From: Opitutales bacterium
GTDB lineage: Bacteria > Verrucomicrobiota > Verrucomicrobiia > Opitutales > T3Sed10-336
DNA: 64,000 nt
Direction: 5' to 3'
NCBI GenBank assembly: GCA_007130045.1
Contig: SLTG01000001.1
Coordinates: forward strand, 44,864 to 108,863
Shown here: positions 57,994 to 64,000 of the stretch, piece by piece
Layout of the letters: each line of letters starts with the position of its first letter
Position numbering within the stretch: the first letter of the stretch is position 1
Made by a program: the position numbers and the translations under genes
Notes under the pieces: model-generated
Seen by the model: the letters and a program-made list of their open reading frames with translations, nothing else
Database searches by the model: none
Told to the model about the DNA's origin: nothing

Positions 57994-58797
57994 ATGACTG
58001 AAAGTGAGAATGCTCCGTTGATTGAGCCGAGTTCCCTCCCGGGGTGGATTGTACACGAAGACGAACATCTCCTGGTGGTCAACAAGCCCGGCGGAATCGT
58101 TTGCCATCCCTCCAAGAACGGGCCCTGGTCAAGCCTGGCGGGCGCTTTTCGCGAATACCTTGGCGTCGAAACGCTCCACCTCGTCCACCGCCTCGACCGC
58201 GAAACCAGCGGTCTGATTTTGATGGCGAAACACCGCAAGGCTGCACGAATTACCCAGATGGCCTTCCAGAACCGTCAGGTGGAAAAGTCATACATCGGAA
58301 TTCTCCAGGGCGACCTTGCCGAGCCGGTCCTTGTCAACCGGAAACTCGCCCGTGATCCGGAAAGCGCGGTTTATGTGAAACAGACCGTTCGAAATTCCAA
58401 CAGCGCACAGGCGGCGCGCACATATTTCGAACCTTTGTCAAACTCCGCCGGATTTACTCTGGTCCGGATCGCCCCGCTGACCGGGCGCAAGCACCAGATC
58501 CGTGCGCATGCGGCATGGCTGGGAACGCCGCTGGTCGGAGACAAGATTTACGGATCGGATGACAGGCTCTACCTGGAGTTCATTGAATATGGGTGGTTAC
58601 CGCACATGGCGGAAAAACTCCACCTCTCCAGACAGGCCCTTCACGCGCTTCGGCTCCGATTCTCCGCGCCTGAATTCAACGCCGAATTCGACGCGCCGCT
58701 CCCCGAAGATATGCGGGAGTTCTGCAATCGGCACGACCTACATGCGGCCGTCACCGCCCATCGGGCTCCTTCGACCGGACCAGACGGTACTTCCTGA
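57994..58797 (+). CDS. RluA-family pseudouridine synthase
   Basis: ORF 57916..58797. The ATG at 57994 is preceded by the SD-like 'AAAGGAGAG'. Blocks 'LLVVNKPGGIVCHP', catalytic 'HRLDRETSGLILMAK' and 'GRKHQIRAH'. Confidence 0.88.
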   Translation: MTESENAPLIEPSSLPGWIVHEDEHLLVVNKPGGIVCHPSKNGPWSSLAGAFREYLGVETLHLVHRLDRETSGLILMAKHRKAARITQMAFQNRQVEKSYIGILQGDLAEPVLVNRKLARDPESAVYVKQTVRNSNSAQAARTYFEPLSNSAGFTLVRIAPLTGRKHQIRAHAAWLGTPLVGDKIYGSDDRLYLEFIEYGWLPHMAEKLHLSRQALHALRLRFSAPEFNAEFDAPLPEDMREFCNRHDLHAAVTAHRAPSTGPDGTS

Positions 58798-59572
58798 GCA
58801 TCACTGCGGCAATCCGTGCCGCCAACCGTTTCGGCAGGAAAGACGCCGCAGCCGCCAGGAAACGGTTTTTCCATCCGCACACACACATCGTCTTTCCTTT
58901 GGACAACGCATTAAGCGTGATATCAACGACTTCCTCCGCAGTCTGGCTCAAAGCCGGCGAAACGACCCTTTCCCTGGAGCCAGCTATCCGGAAAAACTCC
59001 GTGGTGGTCGGCCCGGGACAAAGCGCGAGCACGCCGATTCCCGTCGAAGCCAGATCCCTTTCCAGCGCCAGACTCCAATGCAGGATAAACGCCTTGCTCG
59101 CCCCGTACGTCGCCATGAAGGGCGTGGGCTGGAAAGCGGCGGTCGAAGCGACATTCACGATCGCCCCGCCCCTCTCGCGGAGAACCGGCAGAAAGTATCC
59201 CGTTAACGCGACGACCGCCCTGACGTTCACATCGACCATCGCAAGGTTCCCGCCAAGCCCGGTCCCGGGAAACTCGCCGTAAGAACCGAATCCACTGTTA
59301 TTGATCAAAAGGAGCTTTCCCGGCGGAAGATCTTCAACAATGGCACGGCAAATGCTTTTCGTTTTAGCGAGATCGACAAGATCGCAAGGGTAATGCCGGA
59401 AGTCGGCGCCCGGAAGATGGAGCCTAGGTTCGGTACGAGAAAGATTGCAAATCACCAAAGATCTGTCTAACCTGTGAAACTGTCGGATGAATGCTTTACC
59501 AATTCCCGAGGAACCACCCGTGACAACCACGGTCGCAATGTCCTGTATGAAGTTTTCCAAACGCTTAGCCAT
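58751..59572 (-). CDS. Short-chain dehydrogenase/reductase (SDR)
   Basis: 'VVTGGSSGIGKAF' (TGxxxGxG), 'NNSG' and 'YGASKAF' (YxxxK). Its 3' end overlaps the convergent rluA-family gene by 47 nt. Confidence 0.85.
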   Translation of the reverse strand: MAKRLENFIQDIATVVVTGGSSGIGKAFIRQFHRLDRSLVICNLSRTEPRLHLPGADFRHYPCDLVDLAKTKSICRAIVEDLPPGKLLLINNSGFGSYGEFPGTGLGGNLAMVDVNVRAVVALTGYFLPVLRERGGAIVNVASTAAFQPTPFMATYGASKAFILHWSLALERDLASTGIGVLALCPGPTTTEFFRIAGSRERVVSPALSQTAEEVVDITLNALSKGKTMCVCGWKNRFLAAAASFLPKRLAARIAAVMLRKYRLVRSKEPDGR

Positions 59573-59622
59573 AACCTTTTCTACCCCGCAATCGTTGGTT
59601 CAACCTAAACTAGAAAGGATAA

Positions 59623-59997
59623 GTGAAAATGAACGATAATGAGCTGATCATCTCCGGACGTCACCTCGACTTGACCGAATCCCTGAAAACATTTGTACGA
59701 GAGAAGGTCGACAAGCTATTTCGACACGAAGAGAGAATCGTCCGCGTGAGAATGGAGCTTGATTGCGATAAGAACCAGGACAAGGAAAACCCGTTTACGG
59801 CCAAGGGCATTATTGAAATCAACGGCCCGGATATGGTGGCCAGCGAAGCCTCGCACGACATTCACAAATCCGTTGACAACCTCGTCAACAAGCTGGACCG
59901 GATGATTCGCAGACGTTCACGGCTGAAGAAGGTCAAACGAAACCACCCGCATTCGATCGAACTACCGTCGGAACTGCCGAAAACCAGTCCGGCTTGA
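59623..59997 (+). CDS. hpf: Ribosome hibernation promoting factor / RaiA family
   Basis: The sequence 'ISGRHLDLTESLKTFVREKVDKLFRHEERIVRVRMEL' matches the family. Short form (about 120 aa). GTG at 59623 or ATG at 59629, after 'AAAGGA'. Confidence 0.85.
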   Translation: MKMNDNELIISGRHLDLTESLKTFVREKVDKLFRHEERIVRVRMELDCDKNQDKENPFTAKGIIEINGPDMVASEASHDIHKSVDNLVNKLDRMIRRRSRLKKVKRNHPHSIELPSELPKTSPA

Positions 59998-60016
59998 GGC
60001 GGCCGGAATCGTTTCG

Positions 60017-60052
60017 GAAAGGCGCGTTCCCAGTGGCCGCGCCTTTCTTCTT
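60017..60052 (+). terminator. Probable terminator hairpin after hpf
   Basis: The sequence is 'GAAAGGCGCGttcccagtggcCGCGCCTTTCttctt': a 10-bp stem, an 11-nt loop and a weak T-rich tail. Confidence 0.5.
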
Positions 60053-60115
60053 GCATAAATTTCAAACATTTCCTTGAAATCCGCTCCAGACCCCGGCACT
60101 GTTAACTTTTTCCGG

Positions 60116-60192
60116 GCACCCGTAGCTCAATTGGATAGAGCACCTGACTACGGATCAGGAGGTTATAGGTTCGACTCCTATCGGGTGTGCCA
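60116..60192 (+). tRNA. tRNA-Arg (anticodon ACG)
   Basis: Hand-folded cloverleaf: acceptor GCACCCG/CGGGTGT (one G-U pair), D arm GCTC/GAGC, anticodon arm CCTGA-CTACGGA-TCAGG, V loop AGGTT, T arm ATAGG-TTCGACT-CCTAT, discriminator G, encoded CCA. Confidence 0.93.
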
Positions 60193-60345
60193 TTTATAGA
60201 GAAGGACTTACGAAGCTATCTGAATCTGGCAAAAAAGATCACTGGTCCGGTTTTGGTCCGGTTCGAAAGTCTCTTCTCACCAGAGGTAAGTCCGATACCC
60301 GCTCATTCCTCTGCCGGGAAACAACCTTTCCCGGGATTGATTTAA

Positions 60346-60549
60346 TCGTGTTTCTCCCAGCTTAAGCGTTATCGCCGCGAAGACGACACCTACCTGCTCT
60401 ACAGTATCGGGCCGAACGGGCAGGATAATGGCGGAGAGGCGATGGAAAGACCGGACGAAGAGGACCCGATACGCCGGAAGGTACCGCGGACGGACCTCCC
60501 GGGAGATATCGTCGCGGGTATCAACCTGCTCCGGCCGCCTGAAGAGTAG
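60346..60549 (+). pseudogene. Start-less 3' remnant of a GspG/pseudopilin-like gene
   Basis: The frame opens after TAA (60343) with no start codon. It encodes '...RYRREDDTYLLYSIGPNGQDNGGEAM...DIVAGINL*', matching the pseudopilin C-terminal 'Y.L.S.G.DG..GG...DI' pattern. The upstream in-frame stretch up to the tRNA lacks any prepilin N-terminus. Confidence 0.45.
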
Positions 60550-60630
60550 AGCCGGGCAACCGCCACCTCCTCGCCCGCTTCCTCATCTCCCCTTGCCAGC
60601 GCGCCGGGCCGCCTGCAAACTCACCCCGCA

Positions 60631-61683
60631 ATGGCCTTCCGTTTCTTCCGCCGCCTGAAACTCGCTCCCGGCGTGACGCTGAATCTCACCAAGCGGGGCG
60701 GCTCGCTCTCCTTCGGCCCGCGGGGCGCCAAGCTGACCGCGGGTACCAGCGGGGTGCGGCGGACCCTCGGCGTCCCCGGGACGGGGCTCTGGTACACCGA
60801 GCACGCGGGGGCGAAACGGGGCCGGGGCACGGGACGATCCCGGGGGTCCGCCAACCGGTCCCCGCCCACACCGACCGTCCGCCCCCGGGACCGGCTCAAA
60901 CTCGGGTTCTTCAAGCGCCTGTTCACGCCGCAGGAGGAGAAAAATTTCGTGGACGGCATGCGGGAACTCGCTCTCGGTAACGCGGAAAAGGCCTACCCTC
61001 TTTTGGTGAAAGCCGCACACCTTCCCGACGCCGCCTTCATGGACGGGATGCAGGCGCTCAAAACGGGCCGGCTCGACGAAGCCGAAGAACACCTCTGCCG
61101 CGCCGGCCGGAAACATGCCGGCCTGGGAAGACTTTTCGAAAAATACGGCCTCGCCCTCGCGATCAGTCTGCCCGTCACCGAGCGCATCTCCGCCCAAACC
61201 GGGCCGTCCCTGCGCGGCATTCACCTCGCCCTGGCAGAAATCCACCAGGCCCAGGGGCGGTGGCAGGAGGCGGTACGGAATTTACGGAAGCTCCACAAAA
61301 ACAACCCGGCCGATCCCGTCGTCACCCTCTCCCTGTGCGAGCTGTTGGTCGAAGAATCGGGGACCGAACAAGCTTGCCGGGAAGTCGTCGAATTGACCAA
61401 GACCGTCGACAACGAATCCGAAATCCACGCCGCCCTCCTCCTCTGGAAGGGCAAGGCCCTCCGGCTCCTCGACCTCCCCACCGCCGCCCGCGACACCCTC
61501 ACCGCCGCCTTCCGCCGCAAAAAAGACCGCTCCGACGACCTCCTCCACGCCATCCAATACGAACGCATCCTCACCTACGAAGCCCTCGGGGCAAACAGCC
61601 GGGCACGGCAGGAGCTGGAGAAGTTGTACGCGGCGGCCCCGGACTATCAGGATGTGGCGGCGAGGTTGGGGGTTGCGGGGTAG
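60631..61683 (+). CDS. DUF4236-domain protein with C-terminal TPR-like repeats
   Basis: N-terminus 'MAFRFFRRLKLAPGVTLNLTKRGGSLSFGPRGAKLTAGTSGVRRTLGVPGTGLWYTEH' is the canonical DUF4236 pattern. A Gly/Arg-rich linker is followed by helical repeat pairs ('ALGNAEKAYPLLVKA', 'HQAQGRWQEAVRNLRKL', 'YEALGANSRARQELEKL'). Confidence 0.75.
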   Translation: MAFRFFRRLKLAPGVTLNLTKRGGSLSFGPRGAKLTAGTSGVRRTLGVPGTGLWYTEHAGAKRGRGTGRSRGSANRSPPTPTVRPRDRLKLGFFKRLFTPQEEKNFVDGMRELALGNAEKAYPLLVKAAHLPDAAFMDGMQALKTGRLDEAEEHLCRAGRKHAGLGRLFEKYGLALAISLPVTERISAQTGPSLRGIHLALAEIHQAQGRWQEAVRNLRKLHKNNPADPVVTLSLCELLVEESGTEQACREVVELTKTVDNESEIHAALLLWKGKALRLLDLPTAARDTLTAAFRRKKDRSDDLLHAIQYERILTYEALGANSRARQELEKLYAAAPDYQDVAARLGVAG

Positions 61684-61707
61684 GCACGGCCCGGTACCGT
61701 CGTCACA

Positions 61708-62193
61708 ATGATCCGTGAAGCAACAGGGCACGACTGCGACGAGATTCGCCAGATCCTCGATGCAGCTTTCGCCCCGAGTATGATCGAATCCCGGATCGTC
61801 TCGGCTGTCGTTTCGGACAATAAACCGTTCTTCGCCTGGGTCGTGGAGATCGACTCCGCCATCGTCGGGTACATCCTTTTCACCCAGGCGACGCGGGGGT
61901 CGGAGCCGATCGGTTTTCACCTGGGACCGGTGGCCGTGTCTCCGGTGTTCCAGAAACAAGGTCTCGGTTCGAAGCTGATTTCAGAAACGCTCCAGATGGA
62001 ACCGCTCCGCGACGCACCCGTTTTCGTGCTGGGCGATCCACGGTTCTACGAACGTTTTGGATTTAAAGAGACTACCAGCGCGATCTGCCCTTACGATGAA
62101 GGCAACCGGCATTTCCGGGCGCTTCGCTGGCGGGATGCGGGGTCTCCGTTCATGGTCGGGTATTGTGAGGCGTTTCGGATTGCCGAGCAGTGA
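61708..62193 (+). CDS. GNAT-family N-acetyltransferase
   Basis: 161 aa. Acetyl-CoA motif A 'VAVSPVFQKQGLGSKLI' (Q/RxxGxG/A) and C-terminal 'YERFGF'. Confidence 0.85.
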   Translation: MIREATGHDCDEIRQILDAAFAPSMIESRIVSAVVSDNKPFFAWVVEIDSAIVGYILFTQATRGSEPIGFHLGPVAVSPVFQKQGLGSKLISETLQMEPLRDAPVFVLGDPRFYERFGFKETTSAICPYDEGNRHFRALRWRDAGSPFMVGYCEAFRIAEQ

Positions 62194-63108
62194 TTCAGGA
62201 ATTCGGCACGACCATTGATAGGGACTCACACCAAGAAGTCCGAGGCCGAAATGATTAGCTCTCCCGCGTTCCCCGGCAACGCGGTAGTCGACACACCCGA
62301 AAAATGACTGTCCGGCGTTCGCCCCGCGCTTCGCAGTCCGCTTGACCATCGGCTCACCGCACCTTGGACATTCCGGAACGTCGCTCGTCTGGAGTTCTGT
62401 CGCCATAGGCTCTGCGGATGCGGTGCCATGCACGTCCTTTCCCAGAAACTCCGCCAGCCCCTCTCCATCAATCAACTCGATCGGTTTTCCGTCTGCGAAC
62501 GCCTTCGCATCGTCGGTGTAGCCGTGCGAGGACACGAAGATTGACCGGTTCGCTTCTTCTCCGGTCACCACGCCGTACAGTTCCCGCACGGCCTTTACCC
62601 CGATCTTGGCACTTCGGTAATGCTTGCACTGGACCAAGACCTTCTCTCCCTCGCCTTTCAAGTCCAAATCCACACCTCCGTCCGGACCGGCCCCGCCGCG
62701 TTCGAATACTTGGTACCCCTGCTGGCGAAAGGCCTCCCCGATCAGAATCTCGAATTCACGCCAGGAAAGCTTTCTGATTGCTTCCAGGTTCCTATTCTGA
62801 GCGAAAAGGTCGTTCCGGCGCCTCTTCCACCGATGGGCCATTAAACCGGAAATGAGGACCGCCATGCCCAAAACTCCCGCGAACAGCGCTCCAATAAGCC
62901 TGAGTGTATCGTTAATTTCCCCAACGTCGCCGGGAAGTCCACCCGCCAGAACTCCCGCCAGAGCCAGGAATCCGGCATACACCGCCAGCGACACGATGAT
63001 GGCAATCGGCATACACCACCAAACCGGCACCCGCCGGAACAGCCAGGTGAATCCGTCCAACAGCAAATCCAGGGGCGCCTCGCGTGCCATGGACAACAAC
63101 TGACGCAT
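61981..63108 (-). CDS. Membrane-anchored Mrr-like restriction endonuclease with C-terminal Zn-ribbon, apparently frameshifted (ancestral stop probably 62255..62257)
   Basis: ORF 61981..63240; probable ATG at 63108 or 63090. 2-3 N-terminal TM helices. Mrr_cat block 'LSWREFEILIGEAFRQQGYQV...GPDGGVDLDL...VLVQCKHYR...VRELYGVV'. Ribbon 'CPRCGEPMVKRTAKRGANAGQSFFGCVDY' is followed by non-homologous read-through, antisense to the GNAT gene. Confidence 0.75.
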   Translation of the reverse strand: MRQLLSMAREAPLDLLLDGFTWLFRRVPVWWCMPIAIIVSLAVYAGFLALAGVLAGGLPGDVGEINDTLRLIGALFAGVLGMAVLISGLMAHRWKRRRNDLFAQNRNLEAIRKLSWREFEILIGEAFRQQGYQVFERGGAGPDGGVDLDLKGEGEKVLVQCKHYRSAKIGVKAVRELYGVVTGEEANRSIFVSSHGYTDDAKAFADGKPIELIDGEGLAEFLGKDVHGTASAEPMATELQTSDVPECPRCGEPMVKRTAKRGANAGQSFFGCVDYRVAGERGRANHFGLGLLGVSPYQWSCRIPESLLGNPKRLTIPDHERRPRIPPAKRPEMPVAFIVRADRAGSLFKSKTFVEPWIAQHENGCVAERFHLERF

Positions 63109-63337
63109 TCTCGTAACGGGTGTCGAACTATTTGGTTTTTTTTGCAACAGCAACGACCGGAAGGAAAGCCCGTTCCTTGATGAGCTCGAAGAGGCCGGCA
63201 TCGAGATCGATGACGTTGACTTGCCCGACCGCGCCGTCACCTACCAAACAGCGGAGCAACTCAAGCAAGCGAACGAATCGGAAGCGAACGACTGAATTTG
63301 GGATGACCCGGTCGGCCAGTGACCTGACCGTCCCTGC

Positions 63338-63979
63338 TCAATGTTTGCGAGAGCCTTCGTTCAGCGTAACGATCTCCTTGTTGAGCGATTCTCGGGAAAT
63401 CGAGAACCTGCTATCCCTTAAGGCTAACATTACCAGTTGATGTGCGTCGAACGCGAAGAGGCATGGCTGTTGCTCCAGCCGGGATCGACTGATTCCATGT
63501 TCTACCGAAAGTGAATCCATTAACGCGGCCAATGCAAACGCAGCCATTCCGGCGTCCATACGGGACTCCTTTCCAGGTTTGTAGATACCCCTGACGGATT
63601 GCCCTTCCAGGACGCCCAAGTCTGCCAGTAGCGATATCGCGTAGCGTGTGGAGCGGGTTACCGGTTCTTTTTCGCCGTAGTATCCGGCGATCTTTCGCTT
63701 TATCTGCTCGCTCTTAACGGAACCCTGAAGCCGGTGCAGCTTTCCGCACACCTCAGCTACCTCCCGGAAAAAGGGGTACGTCGCCAGCAGCATATAAAAT
63801 GACAGAGTCCGCGCCGTGTCCTCTGACGGGCTACGGCGGTAAAGTGATATACCATTGTCCCGAAGGTACGTCAGCTCTTCCCGCGGTTCCAGCCAAACCT
63901 GCCTGAGATAGCGCAGAGACTTACGGACGGATTCCTTGCCCGAAACGTCCCGTGCCAACATCCCCTCAAGCTTTGTCAT
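63338..63979 (-). CDS. Hypothetical protein (all-helical-looking; possible winged-helix), last gene of an operon that continues beyond the window
   Basis: 213-aa ORF. A sampled 100 nt is about 52% GC. Its ATG sits in an ATGA overlap, with a minus-strand frame that stays open to the window edge. No motif I can name with confidence. Confidence 0.6.
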   Translation of the reverse strand: MTKLEGMLARDVSGKESVRKSLRYLRQVWLEPREELTYLRDNGISLYRRSPSEDTARTLSFYMLLATYPFFREVAEVCGKLHRLQGSVKSEQIKRKIAGYYGEKEPVTRSTRYAISLLADLGVLEGQSVRGIYKPGKESRMDAGMAAFALAALMDSLSVEHGISRSRLEQQPCLFAFDAHQLVMLALRDSRFSISRESLNKEIVTLNEGSRKH

Positions 63980-64000
63980 CGCATCGGAAGTTGGGAGGCC

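Noticed and set aside
63104-63295. Plus-strand frame encoding '...KESPFLDELEEAGIEIDDVDLPDRAVTYQTAEQLKQANESEAND*' in the spacer between the Mrr-like gene and the last gene.
   Set aside because: The C-terminal composition looks coding, but the frame contains no ATG, GTG or TTG start after its upstream stop (63101). It is possibly another gene remnant, but this is not supportable from sequence alone.
60193-64000. Search for an attR-like direct repeat of the tRNA-Arg 3' end and for an integrase to delimit an island.
   Set aside because: Only a trivial 'CGGGTGT' match (about 63116) was found and no integrase ORF. The island hypothesis is kept as a finding, but its boundaries cannot be called within this window.

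Overview
High-GC bacterial chromosome segment. Hand-counted 100-nt samples give about 55-65% GC in core genes. The gene content looks like the PVC superphylum (Verrucomicrobiota-like): a prepilin-type 'GFTLIELLTVIAIIGILA' protein, a giant RCC1-repeat surface protein, and a C-terminal 'NLLKYAFNMD' domain. This taxonomic call is inference only.

Most of the window is housekeeping:
- purD (partial), an LMW phosphatase, glyA and a CBS-pyrophosphatase
- a complete, tightly packed biotin operon bioA-bioB-bioD-bioF-esterase-bioC with a BirA-type operator candidate
- glnA with a sigma54 promoter
- nuoJKLMN only
- adk, smr, prmC, dnaJ, grpE, manA, ftsK and a rodZ-like gene
- an lptF/G-family gene, an ABC-2 exporter, hisG, an OmpR-type regulator, gltX, an rluA-family gene, an SDR, hpf and tRNA-Arg(ACG)

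Non-housekeeping highlights:
1. A translationally coupled pair of paralogous 600-700 aa P-loop NTPases at 46.1-50.0 kb. Both have membrane hairpins and a degenerate G4 motif. They look like a divergent dynamin-like pair, and this is my best candidate for an undescribed system.
2. A modular gene of about 2,023 codons at 23.9-29.9 kb, built from RCC1, B-repeat-like and cadherin-like domains and split by a 1-nt frameshift.
3. A lower-GC accessory stretch after tRNA-Arg (60.2 kb to the window end). It holds a pilin-gene remnant, a DUF4236/TPR protein, a GNAT, a frameshifted membrane Mrr-like nuclease, and an unknown gene coupled to an operon that runs off the window.
4. A roughly 45-50% GC malate synthase gene next to an AAA+ gene remnant, at the point where the nuo operon is broken.
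5. A small secreted Cys-rich peptide gene.

No CRISPR array, rRNA, transposase or integrase was seen. Both frameshifts are single-base losses in short homopolymers, so assembly error must be excluded before any biological interpretation.
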